From the human T2T-CHM13v2.0 reference genome, Homo sapiens, in the NCBI RefSeq assembly GCF_009914755.1, contig NC_060927.1: a DNA stretch of 64,000 nucleotides; one strand, given 5' to 3'. How positions within the stretch are numbered: position 1 is the stretch's first letter; every line of letters begins with the position of its first letter. Made by a program: the position numbers and the translations under genes. The notes under the pieces are model-generated. The model was given only the letters and a program-made list of their open reading frames with translations. It searched no databases and was not told the origin of the DNA. This document shows, one piece after another, positions 12,045-24,810 of the stretch.

Positions 12045-12330
12045 AAGTCCGTTTATTGAGTTGTGTTCAGTATGTACTGGCTGCTCTGCTAGGTAATGAC
12101 ATAAAAGGAGGAATAAGATATAGTCCCTGCCCCAGAAACTTTCTTGTGATGGAGAGGATAAGAAGTAAACAGACATCTGGAGAATATGGGTGCACTGAGG
12201 AGAAGCACTTGCCATGGTCTGTGTGGTTTGGAAGGCTTTCTGGATAGGCAAGGTGGTACCGTGGTGGGGAGCAAGGGGTGGGAGGATGTCTAAGCAGAGA
12301 AAGTTGCAAGGATGCACCAGAGAGCTTGGT
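12045..12330 (-). mobile_element. L2 fragment
   Basis: tttattgag...tatgtactggctgctctgctaggt...ataagatatagtccctgccc, antisense L2 tail. Confidence 0.65.
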
Positions 12331-14288
12331 AGGACTTGAGTATTGGGGAGGTAAGTATTGCCTCCATGCAAGTAAAAGTCCACTGCTGGCTGATGGGATC
12401 CTGCCTGGTTTTAGAAATTTTTATTTGAACAAATTCCATTAGGAGTTTGTGGCTTATAATGCAGATGGATTTGCATGATTACTTAGTCACTCCCAGTAAG
12501 CCGAAGGACAGAGTGTGATAGAAATGTGTCATCTCATGTGTGTAATATGAACAGGAGTTCAGCCATACTCCCTCCTCAGCAAGGGCAGGGAAAGCCCGCT
12601 AACCTGAGACAGCTCCTTCAATCTGCTTTACAATTTGGGGAGCACTTGGACTTGTGTTATTCAGTCAGTCCTTACAGCAGTGACAGCCAGCCCAAGTCTC
12701 ACAGGTAAAAAATGGTCAAGCTGGGTCTAGGATTCTGCTGGGGTTTCTCCTCTGATGTTGCAAACCCTATCAGAGCCTCCTTATCTTCCCATTTAGCCTC
12801 AGGCCTGGTGCAAAGCCTTGAGGACACTTTGCAGCCACCTAGGACCCCACCTTATTACTGCAGGGGCAGGGTACCCCTTTTCTGTAGCCATCACAGCTCT
12901 ATACTTCCTCTTCCACTCACCTTCCTCCCATGCTTTCCAGCTGTGGTTGTTTCCCCACCCTGCATTTCTGAGGCCTTTCACTCCCTACTCCAGATTGTTT
13001 ATCTTTTCTGTTGCAGAGAGTGCTGCCCTCCACACGGCTTGTGCCTCTTACTTCCACGTGGCCTGTTACCAGTCTCCCCCACTCTCCATCCTTCTGGGTG
13101 TTGCAGGGCCCTTTGCTCTGTCTGCCCTCACTCCCCAGTAGTCTGCCTTCTCCTGGACCCAGCAGAGGTCAGAAAATCCTGGAACCTCCCCATGCCTCTG
13201 GATTTCTGAGCTCTAAAATAGGATGTAAGAATCAATTGAGATAATGTACTCAACAATTCTGCACTGAGCCTTACTGTGTCTGTAGTGGTGTCAAATGGCA
13301 AGCACCTCTACCTGCCACCACCCTTGGCAAATCCCCTACCTTTAAATTCCACCAAGAGGCTTTTCCCACCACCCGGCCAGTCCATGGCACTTCCTAGTTC
13401 TTCCCTTCTGAAAGACTCTTCACAGCAACAATGCAATCTATGTGAAATTGAATTAGCAGATTTGAAAAGTGTAATGTGAAAGTTTTAATTGTCACTTTAT
13501 GCACAAATTTGGAAACAATTTGATCCTCCCATTATTTTTTCTTAAAAATTACAAGATTTCAAAGCCAGATGGCTGAACTATAAACTCTGCTCACCCTTGA
13601 ACTGGTAAACCGAAATAGCCCATCCTTTGTCCACATCCTGTGAATCTTTTGTTGCTTGTAGGCATTGGAAGGCTGTGAGTCATTTTGGTAATGATTGTGC
13701 TGTTATTTTAACATACACTGTTATTATAATTGGAAATCCTTTTTTATACCCTATAACAGTGTCATCCAAGTGTTCATTAAGGAACATTACTAGTCCTGAA
13801 AATTGCACCTGAATGTCAATAAGTTTGGTCCAGAAGGCATAACTGCTAAAATACCATGAAGAAGGCCAGATGGCTGCCATGATATGCTGGATGGTGGCGT
13901 AGGTGGGAGCACTCTGTGGAATATTAGGCCCAGTGTTGAGAAAATGAAAAGCAGCCTTAAAATCAAATATGCAAGAGTGTGCTTGCAGATTTAGGTGTTT
14001 CTAGGACCCGCCCCCTTACTTCATATTTATCCCTAGGTCTTGAAATTTGCTTATTTTAAATTGTCTGACACCTTCAGAAATGCATCCTTTGCTTAAAATG
14101 TAATAAACCTGCCAGATCAAAGAGGTCATTCACTATGTAAAAGATAATTTTAACTTTTTACTGAAAGTCCCTAGTTTATCAATAAATAAGTAAATGCTTA
14201 ATAAAGAGAAGGCTCACTACGGGGAGGTCCAAGGTAGAGACCCCACCTGGGGGGTGAGAGCTGAACAGGTAGATGTCATGTGACACAG

Positions 14289-14369
14289 ATAGGCTAGGAA
14301 GGTGCTAGACAAGATGCCCTTGGAGTTCATAGGCTCAGGAAGGTGCTAGACAAGATGGCCTTGTAGTTC
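14289..14369 (+). repeat. ~40-bp tandem duplication
   Basis: ataggct(c)aggaaggtgctagacaagatg(c/g)ccttg(g/t)agttc twice. Confidence 0.92.
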
Positions 14370-14391
14370 TCACTGTAATGGTTTAATTCAC

Positions 14392-14692
14392 TTGTTTTCC
14401 CCAAATGTACCATAATGCCATTGTTGGTATACAGAATGACTTCAGATTGGTGCAGAGATAAACCATTTTTATATTAATTGTTATGTCTTCATTTTAATAT
14501 TGTCTTAAAGAATAGCTAGCATAGCCAGCTCATTATATAAAATTTTCTTTTTAAAATAAAATTATTTAAATGAACAAAGTGAGTCTGTTTAAAGAAATAT
14601 TTAAAGTAAATAATAGTACAGGTGGCACATAGCTATAGCAGAAATCATGAAAGTATCATGCAAATGATGATGGAATTATGGAAAATGTTGGT
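14392..14692 (+). mobile_element. hAT-Charlie MITE (MER113-like)
   Basis: aaagtgagtctgtttaaagaaatatttaaagtaaataatagtacaggtggcac, with degenerate tttccccaaa / tggaaaatg termini; family name from recall. Confidence 0.6.
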
Positions 14693-15257
14693 TTTATCTT
14701 ATTTGGGTAAATACAGGTGCTGTGTTGATGGAAATTGTGATGAGCACATATTGTTCTTTTGGGGCAATATATTGCATACTTGAATGCAGTGCTATTTTAT
14801 ACGTGGCTAATTTCAGAAGCTAAAACAACCATATCTATTAAATGCTATTTGATTTGATTAATAAAAATGCTAGATTGTTTTAGGATTGAATAAATATAAA
14901 ATGCTAATTGGATATAAAATGCTTATTTATGTGACCATGGGCATTGCCATAAAACTATAAGACAGTTATTACTGTTTAATATTGCTTTAATTAGAAGTGC
15001 TCTTCCAAAAGTTAGAAGACAATAAGCTTCTCCTTATAGCAGTTCCCGAGAAACCAAAGTGATATTGCAATGAGATCAGCAGTCAAAATAGAACAGGGAG
15101 ATTTTCTTTGTCCCAAGAAGACATAGAGTGATGTTAAATTGCACTTTTAAAGGCCAGAGTTTCAATAGGCTGCTACCGAGTTGCTGAATTTAATTAAATA
15201 TTTATTTAATGTGCAGTATGCACCATGCTCTGTTAGATCCCTCGGGATATGGTGATG

Positions 15258-15690
15258 TTTATATTAGCCAAGGTTGTTTCAGATGCAAGGGATAGAAAAC
15301 TTGACTCAAACTGGCTCGAACACACAAACAGAGAAAGAATTTGTAGGTTTACACAATGAAAAGTCTAAGTGTGAACTTCTGGCATGGCTGAATCCAGGTG
15401 CTTGGGCAGCATGGTTGTTATATAGCCTCTGTCTCTCAGGTTTGCTTTCTTCCTTACCCTCCCATACAGCCCCTGACAACTTGAGGTCATCCTGTTGATT
15501 TTGGGTCTAATAAGGAGAGGGATTTACTCCACAGCAGCTTTGACATCAGTCTTATAATTGAGACCCATTGTCCGGGTCTGCTTGTTCTGTTATGTGGGGT
15601 GGGGATGCAATCACTTGTGTGGACTGAAGGTGGTTTCCAAAGAAAAATAGGATACCTGCTACTAGAGGAATGGAAATCGACAAGTATTCT
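15258..15690. mobile_element. MaLR LTR (old MLT1, MLT1K/L-like)
   Basis: tatattagccaagg...tgcaagggatagaaaacttgactcaaactggct...aaaagtctaag...ggcatggctgaatccaggtgct. Confidence 0.7.
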
Positions 15691-16129
15691 GTCTTCAAGG
15701 GGCTCACTAGCAACTGGGAAGAAGGTATCCTTGTACAAGACTTTTAACAGATGGATGAGTGTGGAGAGGGCAATTTATGAGGGTGTCAGAATGCACAAAG
15801 GCATGGAAGTATGAATGAGGATGGGGCATTTGGTAAATGAAAAATTGAGGATCGCTCGTGCAATGACTCTTAGAGGGAGAAGAGTAAAATATAGTCATGC
15901 CAGAATCTTCTCAGAATTGAAAGAATGCCTCCTTCTCTTTGATAACCCTGTACTCTACTCTTACTTCCTGAGACATGGTAGGAGGAGGGAGTGGTGGGCC
16001 AGGAGACATGACAGGAAGCTCAGAATCTGCCTGTGCAAAGCTCAGAAGAGAGGGCTCACCAGAGTCAAAGCTCTCCTGCAGCAGTGCCAGCCTCTAGTGC
16101 TATTTTTCCTGTAGGCAAAACAGAGCCTC

Positions 16130-16200
16130 AGCCATTTGTTCAACAAGTATGTATTGAGCACCTATTATGTGTCAGGCACTGTGCCAGACTCATTAATCAA
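16130..16200 (-). mobile_element. L2 3' tail
   Basis: catttgttcaacaagtatgtattgagcacctattatgtgtcaggcactgtgc. Confidence 0.8.
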
Positions 16201-17319
16201 ATCAAAGCTCCTGTGCCCCTTATCTGCTGCAATACCATTTACAAAGTGCATCCTGGTTACCAGGGATTCTAGGAGGGGACATGGGAGCGTGAAACAAGAG
16301 AAGCAGAATTTTCCCTCAAGGAGAAATAGAAGAATATGAAGCCAGGAGCTCTGGAGAGGAGGCTGGAAGGTACAGAAAATTGAGGAGTAGAAGGGCTAGA
16401 CAGTTGAAGGCTGCTTTGCTCTAAACCTCCTTATCTCCTGTTGATCCTTTCCTCTCTTCCTCCACTTCCCTGGAGACCAGACTACACTTAAGAGTGTACT
16501 CATGCACACTTTGAGTTCCTTTCTTCTGCATCCTATTGGGACGAACAGGAAGTTAATTTTATTTTCCCTTTTTGCAGTTCTCTCTTTCTTCTAAAGTTCA
16601 TTTTCAATTCCCCTATGAGGAAAGAGGGCTGATTGGTCAATGCGTGAGATCTTAATTGTGCTTCAATTTCTGTTGTGTGTGTGTATGGGAGGGGGCGGTC
16701 AGTCACTCTGGAATGCTGGACACAGGCCCTCTTTCTTCTCATTCCCTCATAGGGAGATCCAGCCTGGCCTTTCCTCCTTCCCTCCTATTCCAAGAGTACC
16801 TCTTGGTGGGTAATTTAGGCTAAACCCTTCTTTGGGCTGATGGTCTCTCTCTTTCTCCTTCTACCTGCAGAGGTTCTAGCACTGGTTCCAAGATTTAGAT
16901 TCATGTGGTTCTAGATCCATGTGGCCTGTACCTCATATCCTAACTCAGCTTGTACTGTCGACCCCTGTCCTGGGGATACTGGGTGGCCCTTCGTTTCCTA
17001 ATACGTACTGCTTCCTCCCTGGAGTCTGCAAGGAAGAGGAGGGGTGAACAATGGCTAGTGTCCAGCTACTCTTGAGTCTGTGGCTAAAAGATGATCAAAT
17101 GGATATCAGAGCCTCACCTTGATCCCCAGTGTGCACTCTCTTGAAGGGCCTTTGGCTCAAACAGTATATCTCACCCCCTGCACTCCATGCCCCACCCTGC
17201 CAAAAAAGAAACTCACAAACCGTGCCTGTACTTTCTGGATGTTGTTCTGATGACTTTATTAATGCTGAGGTCCCAAACAGTGGCTTTGTGGCCAAGAATG
17301 TATCAGTTTAAATCCTGAC

Positions 17320-17460
17320 TTTGCCATAAACCACTTACATGACTTTGGGCCAGTTTGAGTCTTAGTTTCCTCATCTGACAAACGGGTATAAAAATACTGA
17401 CAGATGTGATGGTATTGGGAGAACTTAAAGAATTTAAAGAACTTAAAGCCGTTGAATCAC
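17320..17460 (+). mobile_element. MIR fragment
   Basis: tgactttgggccagtt...cttagtttcctcatctgacaaacggg. Confidence 0.7.
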
Positions 17461-17919
17461 AAACGGCAGGAAACTGCACAAATGAGAGTTGTGACTGATA
17501 CAATGAATCTGTGGAAGTAGGGCCAGTCCTTGGGAGCTATTTTCTGGGAGCTGCCTGGGGGTGGTTCCGTGGCTTGCTGTTGCCTAACCCCTAGGATGAG
17601 TGTGATGGGATCTTCACAGAGACTTAGGGAAGGTCTCCCAGTGGAGCGCTGAGTTAACCTCTCTCTCTCCCCAGGGATGATAGTTCTGCTCTTCACATGC
17701 ACCTGCCACAGCAGGGGCTGCTGAGTAAATCTTATTCACAGGGGTCTTCAGGCAGACCCAGTGCTTTTCTGCTATGCCTAAACCAGTTCAGGTCTTGGGT
17801 TTGGGCACTGTATCTTCCTGCACTTTCTGCAGGCAAGAATTTGCAACTTGCCTATACCTAGCCACATTTTTGAGTAGCACTTGTCAGTGACCTTTCCTTG
17901 TGTTTCTACAGTGTTTCAA

Positions 17920-18075
17920 GCTTTTTGTCATAATTCCACATCCATGTCCATATCACTTAATCCTTACACAACCTTGGTAGTCATCATACCCACTTAACAG
18001 ATGAGGAAACTGAGAAATGATGCCTTACTTTAGACTTCTGAATTTCTGATTTTGTGCTCACTCCACTGCCCTGGG
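17920..18075 (-). mobile_element. MIR fragment
   Basis: cacttaatccttacacaacc...acagatgaggaaactgaga. Confidence 0.75.
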
Positions 18076-19981
18076 CCACCACGTAAAGTATTCTGTCTTT
18101 ATTATTCTTATATGGAGACAACTTTCTGTGAGGTGTTAATCCCCCTACTACTCTGCCCTCACTGAGATCCTGGGCTGCAAGCAAACCTTCCAGGATACAC
18201 AGTTCCCTTGATAGGACTGCTCCCCTTTGTTTCTCCCTTGATACCCCTCCACTGCCAGCCTCTGATCCTGTTTAATGCTTGCATGACACGTCCTTCCCCT
18301 GAATATTTCCTGTTGCTTAAATGAGCCTCATGGATTGGAGGAACTGAGTAGGAAATAGACAGCACTTATTGAGAATATACTATGCCTCATATACTGCTAG
18401 GCAGTAAAGGTGCCGTAAAAAATTCACAGCTGTTTCCTTTGCCACTAAGGAGTTTACAAGAGAAAGATGGTCCCTTCCTTCTTATTTCTTTTCCTGCTTT
18501 CCTCTCTTAGATGTCCTTCCTAAATGACTCAAGTCCCAGGCCCAAAAGACTTTGGCTTTAAACCAAAAGAAAGAACCATGCATCACGGGTGCCTCAGACT
18601 TTATCTCTCTGACATTTGCTGGGGCACCTGTTCTGAGTTGTGGCTCTGGCTCGGAGTAGCTCTGGGGACAATTGGATCAAAAAGGCTGCTGATATCAGCC
18701 ATGCCCGCGGGTCTTCTTTGGAATCATCTGTCTTGGCTAAGGTCCTGATTGCTGTGAGCATCCAGGGAGGCATTGGAGGAATCACATTTCCTTCCTGAGC
18801 TCTCAATATCCAGTCTTCCCTCAGGGACCCCAAATGACCCCATCACCCATGAACAGAGATCTTTCTTCGGGAAATTGCTTTCTATTTCCAGCCTCCACAC
18901 CTCACAGCATAGCATATTTTCCACATGTCAAGTTAAATACGCTATTGTCTATCCTGATTTTTCTCTTTCTCTCTGGGACCAAGGCAGGAAGTAGCTTGAG
19001 CTCAGGACTTTCTCAAGCTGGGAGCCACATGGCAGTTTCATGGACTTCTCATCCTTCTTCATTAGCAGACTTTTCTCCTCTCCCCTTACCTTTGATCCCT
19101 TGAATTCTTCATCTCTGAATTGTCTGCAGTTCTGGACATCTTGATGTGGCTTCTGTGTACAGAACTTACCCACTGTTCCATACGTTTTGTCCCAGGTGAC
19201 TATGTGGAGAGCTGTGTGGAAAAGGAATTTGAAGTCTTGGCAGGTCCATTGTTGAGGTCTGCCATGCCCATGACAAGGAAGAGTGGTTGCAGGATTAAGG
19301 GGCCGCAGATCTATCTGCCATCTGTGCTCAGGGGTAAAGGGGGAGTGCAGAGCCACATGGCCACAAGTCTCTAATCTGCAGCTACATGGATGGCAGACAG
19401 GAACTTTAATAGATGGAAGTTTTGGAAATTGCCGATCTTCAATTGCATCTATATCCTAGAATTTTAAAATTTGACCTCGGGTATATTGAATTGGATTAAT
19501 CATAATTATTTTCATTATGTACTATTAGGATTGGCCCTCTTTTATTAAAAAATGTAATAAACACTTGTGAACCTACAGCTCAAACTAAGCATCATATATT
19601 ACTAATAACTTACATCTACCCATGTGCTCCTTCCATCTCCCATCTATCTTCCTCTTGTACACCACAGAGGTGACCATGATTCTAAAGGTTGTGATTATTA
19701 TTATCTTGTTCATTTTTCAAAAGTTTTAATCATACATAATACCTTTACCCAAAATTGTTTGGTTTTACTTGTGCTGAACATTATAAAAACTGTCTTACTG
19801 GATATTGTCTTCTGGGACTTTTTTTTTCACAGTATGCTTTAATATGTTACTTTGTGTATCTGTATAATATTCCAGTGTGTGAAATATCCTCATTTTATTT
19901 GTTCATTCTGCTGTTGGGTCTTTGGGTAGGTGGCTGTCCACATTTACAAGATAATGCCAAATTATCTTTCAAAGCATTTGT

Positions 19982-20133
19982 TGTTTTTTGTTTTTTTTGA
20001 GACGGAGTCTCGCTCTGTCGCCCAGGCTGGAGTACAGTGGCGCGATCTCGGCTCACTGCAAGCTCTGCCTCCCGGGTTCATGCCATTCTGCCTCAGCCTC
20101 CCAAGTAGCCGGGACTACAGGTGCCTGCCACCA
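19982..20133 (-). mobile_element. 5'-truncated AluY (right arm plus tail) with 13-bp TSD
   Basis: AluY-diagnostic cactgcaagctc...ttcatgccattc; TSD tcaaagcatttgt at 19969-19981 and 20134-20146. Confidence 0.92.
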
Positions 20134-20356
20134 TCAAAGCATTTGTATCATTTTACACTCCTCCTGGTAATGTATAAAATATCTACATTAAACCATATTC
20201 TCTTGAACACTGAGTATTGTCAGACTTCTTATTTTTCCAACTGAATGAATTCTCATGGTCTTTATTTTTCATTTTCCTGTTTGCTATCAAGGCTTAGCAT
20301 TTCTTCATATGTTACTAGCTATAAGTGTTTAATTATCTGTGAAAATACCTGACTGT

Positions 20357-20665
<309 letters not shown>

Positions 20666-21293
20666 AAATACCTGATCGTGACTGCTGCTGATTTTTCTAT
20701 TGCATTGTTTGCATTTTAAAAAATAGTTTTCATAGGTGCTGTTTATAGATTCTCGATATTAATATATTAATGTTTTGTTAGTCATTTATTTCTCAGATCT
20801 CTTATCTGGGTTTTACCTTGTCCTTTTTCTTTGAGACGTCTTTTGATGAATAAAAGTTTTTAATTTTAGTGAAGTCAAATGTATCAATCTTTTATTTTAT
20901 TGCAGTAATTTTCTGCTCATTCTGCTTCATTTGTCAGAAAGACACACGCAAACACACACAGAAGGTTGATTTTGTGAAAAATATGAGATAAAGATGCAAT
21001 TGCAATTCAATTTTTACACATGGAGAACCAAATTTTGCAGCTCCATGGAGTGAATTGTCCCTCCTTTCTCTTGTGCTGTTTCTTTTATACATTAAAGTTC
21101 CATGTATATGAAGATCTCTTTATGTGCTATTTTGGTTCATTGTTAATTTTTTCTAGTCCTGTTAGTAAGACAGAATGGCATTCTAGTTAACGCCATTCTG
21201 CCTTAATCATTACACATCTGTACTTAGTCTTTGTATCTGGTAGGGCAAATTCCTCCACTTCATTCTTCTTCAGAAGTGATGTGGTCTATTTTC

Positions 21294-21376
21294 TTTCAAA
21301 TATACATTTCAAATGTACATTTTCAAATATACATTTCAAATATACATTTTCAAATATACATTTCAAATGTACATTT
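21294..21376 (+). repeat. 13-14 bp minisatellite (tttcaaatRtaca), about 6 copies
   Basis: Direct tandem repeats inside the L1M. Confidence 0.9.
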
Positions 21377-21809
21377 AGAGTCAATTTGTAGAGCCTCTTG
21401 AAAAAAAATTTTTTTTGAATGGAGTTGCATCAAATTTATAGGCCACTTTTAGAAAACATCAACGTATTTCTAAGTATTAAAACTTCCTTTCTATAAATGT
21501 GTTATGTCTCTCCATGAAAGAGAGACTTGGAATTTGTAGTTTTCTGGGGACCCTGGAGTTATAGGGCACATGTTTAGACTAGTGCCAACTTCTCTCTTCT
21601 TCCCAGTCAGAGGTATATCCAGTATTAGAAAAAAACCTTGATGGACATTTAGTATGGTCAAAAAGTTTTCTTTTCTACTTGCAAGTGGGTTGTGAGAATT
21701 AAGAGAAAGTCATGTTTGTACAGGGTCTTCTAGTGCAGTGTTGGTCCAGGACAATGGGTCAATAATCAGAACAGAACTTTGTGTGGAGAAACAAGCCTTC
21801 CTGAGCTCA

Positions 21810-21927
21810 GGAATCAGACAGACCTGACTCTACATTCTTGCACCTGCCAATAGGAGAACTGGAGCAGAGACTTCACATCTCCCAACCTCAGTTTTAAATT
21901 GGGATAATGGGATAATAGTTCCCCCAC

Positions 21928-21930
<3 letters not shown>
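21810..21930 (+). mobile_element. MIR fragment (appears to resume after the AluY)
   Basis: ggaatcagacagacctg...acctcagttttaaattgggataat...gataatagtt. Confidence 0.65.
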
Positions 21931-21932
<2 letters not shown>

Positions 21933-21958
<26 letters not shown>

Positions 21959-22249
21959 GTGACGGAGTCTCTCTTTGTCGCCCAGGCTGGAGTGCAGTGG
22001 CGCGATATCGGCTCACTGCAAGCTCCGCCTCCCGGGTTCACGCCATTCTCCTATTCTCCTGCCTCAGCCTCCCGAGTAGCTGGGACCACAGGCGCCCGCC
22101 ACCACGCCTGGCTAATTTTTTTTGTATTTTTAGTAGAGACGGGGTTTCACTGTGTTTGCCAGGATGGTCTCTATCTCCTGACCTCGTGATCCGCCCGCCT
22201 CGGCCTCCCAAAGTGCTAGGATTACAGGCGTGAGCCACCGTGCCTGGCC
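21933..22249 (-). mobile_element. Full-length AluY
   Basis: T26 tail; AluY-diagnostic cactgcaagctccgcctcccgggttcacgccattctcc and gacctcgtgatccgcccgcc; CpG-rich; small internal duplication attctcct. Confidence 0.97.
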
Positions 22250-22771
22250 ACTTTTAGGAGAGTTCCCTAAAGTCTGCAGTCAGTGTTTGATGCTTGGCAC
22301 AAGCTCAATAAAGAGTGGTTACCTTTCATAAATCAAGACCAGGGCAGGACATTGAAGATCTTCCTTCCAGCTTCAGAACTGCAGAGTCTCACCACCTGCT
22401 CTGGCCCAGAGCAGAACTTAGAAGCTGACATCCTCATTTTCTCAGCGGATTTTCTGGCTTATATTCTAGTCACACACAGAGGCTACATAAGATCTAAGTA
22501 GGTTTCTGGAAACCTTGAGGCCAAATTTAAAATGAGATTACCTCTGATGGGAAGAGCAGGAGCTTCAGACTCAGCTTTCCTCTTCTGCCCGGACCTTGTG
22601 ATTTTTTTTTTCTGAATCCTTTAATGACCCCATTATGTTTGCCTGTCCCTGTGACCTACCCGGCCTGGGAGCAGACACATTGCTGGTGCCAGCCCTTTGG
22701 AGAGGGGCTGCCTTCAGGCATCAGCCACTTGAGGCGGTCTGTGGTGATGGCCCCAAGGACCCTGAAGTTTC

Positions 22772-22975
22772 CTTTCATTTTTAAAATTTCAACTTTTATT
22801 TTAGATACAGGGGGTACATGAGCAAGTTTGTTACATGGGAATATTGTGTGATGTTGCTCCCTCCCTCCCTCCCTTTCCAGTAGTCTGCAGTGTCTGTTGT
22901 TTCCATGTTTATGTCCATGTGTGCTCAGTGTTTGGCTCCCACTTATAAGCAAGAACATGCAGTATTTGGTTTTTA
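22772..22975 (-). mobile_element. L1P (old L1PA/PB-like) 3' end fragment
   Basis: tttcaacttttattttagatacagggggtacatg...gctcccacttataagcaagaacatgcagtatttggtttt. Confidence 0.85.
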
Positions 22976-23413
22976 GTTTGAGTGTAAATTTGTCCAGGGT
23001 GAAGTTTTCTAATCCTGACTTCTGGGGAACCTGGGAATGGGGAACTGATCCAGCATCCCATACCTGCCTGCCTCATACCTCAACGCTCTTCCTTTACCTG
23101 TGCAGCTCTTTAAAGGTGAATCTGAGTCCTGAATGGGGACCCTGTGGGTTATCTGCTTGGTCAGAGAGGGGCAGCTCTTCTGAGGGCCTCAGAGGGATCT
23201 CAGGTTTTCCTGATAGACATGGGACCAATTAAAATAATGTTTCTGCTACACTCCAGTAAGCTCTGATATTTGAACTTGCAACTCTAAACCAAATTGGAGA
23301 CAGACAATTTGGTCTGACATATCTGTTATTTATTTAACTTTCATCAAGTACATTAAAAAGTACAATAAAAGTAGGTGTTCCTAGGTTTCATTTGCTGTGT
23401 GAATTATATGTAT

Positions 23414-23574
23414 GGTCTAGGCATGGTGGCATGTACCTCTAGTCCCAGCTACTCAGGATGCTGAGGTGGGAGGATCACTTGGGCCTGGGAGTTTGAGGCT
23501 GCAGAGAGCTATGATCACGCCACTGCATTCTAACCTGGGCAATGGCGTGAAACCTTGTCTCAAAAAAAAAAAAA
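23414..23574 (+). mobile_element. Alu monomer (FRAM or AluJ right arm) with TSD
   Basis: Single right-arm monomer plus poly(A); flanked by aattatatgtat and aattacatgtat. Confidence 0.9.
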
Positions 23575-23606
23575 TTACATGTATAGAACAGTTTTAAGTT
23601 AAAGAT

Positions 23607-23648
23607 CCTCCCTCCCTCCCTCCCTCCGTCTTTTCCTTCCTTCCTTCT
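23607..23648. repeat. (CCCT)n/(TTCC)n polypyrimidine tract
   Basis: Read directly from the sequence. Confidence 0.85.
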
Positions 23649-24624
23649 CATGTGAGGATCACTGTGATGGGCATTTCATATAGTCATCCCCTTTAAGATT
23701 TACAGCAGCAGTGTGGGGCTAGCAATGGTTAACAACATAACTACATTTGTAGATGAGGGAACTGAATCTCAGAGGCTACAGTTTAAATTCAATCAGACAA
23801 GTGTAAAAGGTTCCTGACATATAGCGGGCACTCAGCAGGTATTACCCATTCCTGGGGTAGTACTTTAGAATTGACAGAGAACCTTGTTAGCTGGGCGGCC
23901 CTGAGGAAGATATTTAGTTAGCACTTATTAATATTTTGGAAGGTTGTTATGATAAATAGTTAATATACATGTGAAATGTGAAGACCAGTGCCTGGCACAT
24001 AGTTTGTGCCCATTAAAGATTAGCTACAGTTGAAATAAGATGTAATAAATCATAATAGTAATTAATACAATTGTGATAATATAATGAACATTGGAATTAT
24101 CAGTTCATTTTATTCATGTCTTGATCCATAAAACAGGGGTTACCCAAATGGAGAAGGTTAGATGAGGACTTAACAAAGTGTCAGGACCCAGATGAGTATT
24201 AACTCCTACTGCATTCTGTAGATTGTCCCATTTCTGTGGTCACTATTGGATAATGGCCGTGGGAAGCCTCCCTAAGAGCTGAGCTGTTTAAAGGTGATCC
24301 CTGGGTGCTGCCAGGGGATGTTGCTTGCACTGGTAGAGCTGCTAGATTTCTCATCTTGCTCTTCTCTGGCCTATATTATCTTTCCTTTCTCTAGTTTTCT
24401 ATCCTATGTCATCTCTACTGTTGTCCAGGAGACAGGAAAAGCCATTCCATGAGACTTCATCCCTATACCAAAGGCCTGTAAGCCTGACAGTCCAGTATTA
24501 GGGGCCTTTATTTTAGGGTTCTGTGGTTATTGGCATGTGTCTTGATTCTGAGGCTCGTAAAATGAAGGCGCTTGTTGGACTGCAAGGATGGCTGTGAGAA
24601 GCACTCAGATACTACTTCAAAATA

Positions 24625-24810
24625 ACTTACCTCACTTTTAAAAAGCCTACAGTGTTGACTTATTTGTTCCCATATTGTACATGCGGAAATTGAAGCTTGG
24701 AAGAGTTAGATCACTTACCAAGAATACTACTTACTCATCCTATAAGTAAGGAGGCTGAAGTTTGACTCAGGTCTTTCTGAAGTCAAAACACAGTACAACT
24801 CTTACTACGT
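24625..24810 (-). mobile_element. MIR fragment
   Basis: cccatattgtacatgcggaaattgaagcttggaagagttagatcacttaccaaga...gactcaggtctttctgaagtcaaaa. Confidence 0.65.

Noticed and set aside
18447-18460. aaggagtttacaag resembles the 5' end of miR-28/miR-708-family miRNAs
   Set aside because: Lies in an ordinary antisense L2 tail, the source of that family, with no adjacent complementary arm to form a hairpin
21294-21376. Regular short repeats, superficially CRISPR-like
   Set aside because: No unique spacers, eukaryotic context and no cas genes; it is a minisatellite
21928-22238. ORFs resembling database hypothetical proteins (also near 19930, 37775, 55966)
   Set aside because: Translations of Alu sequence
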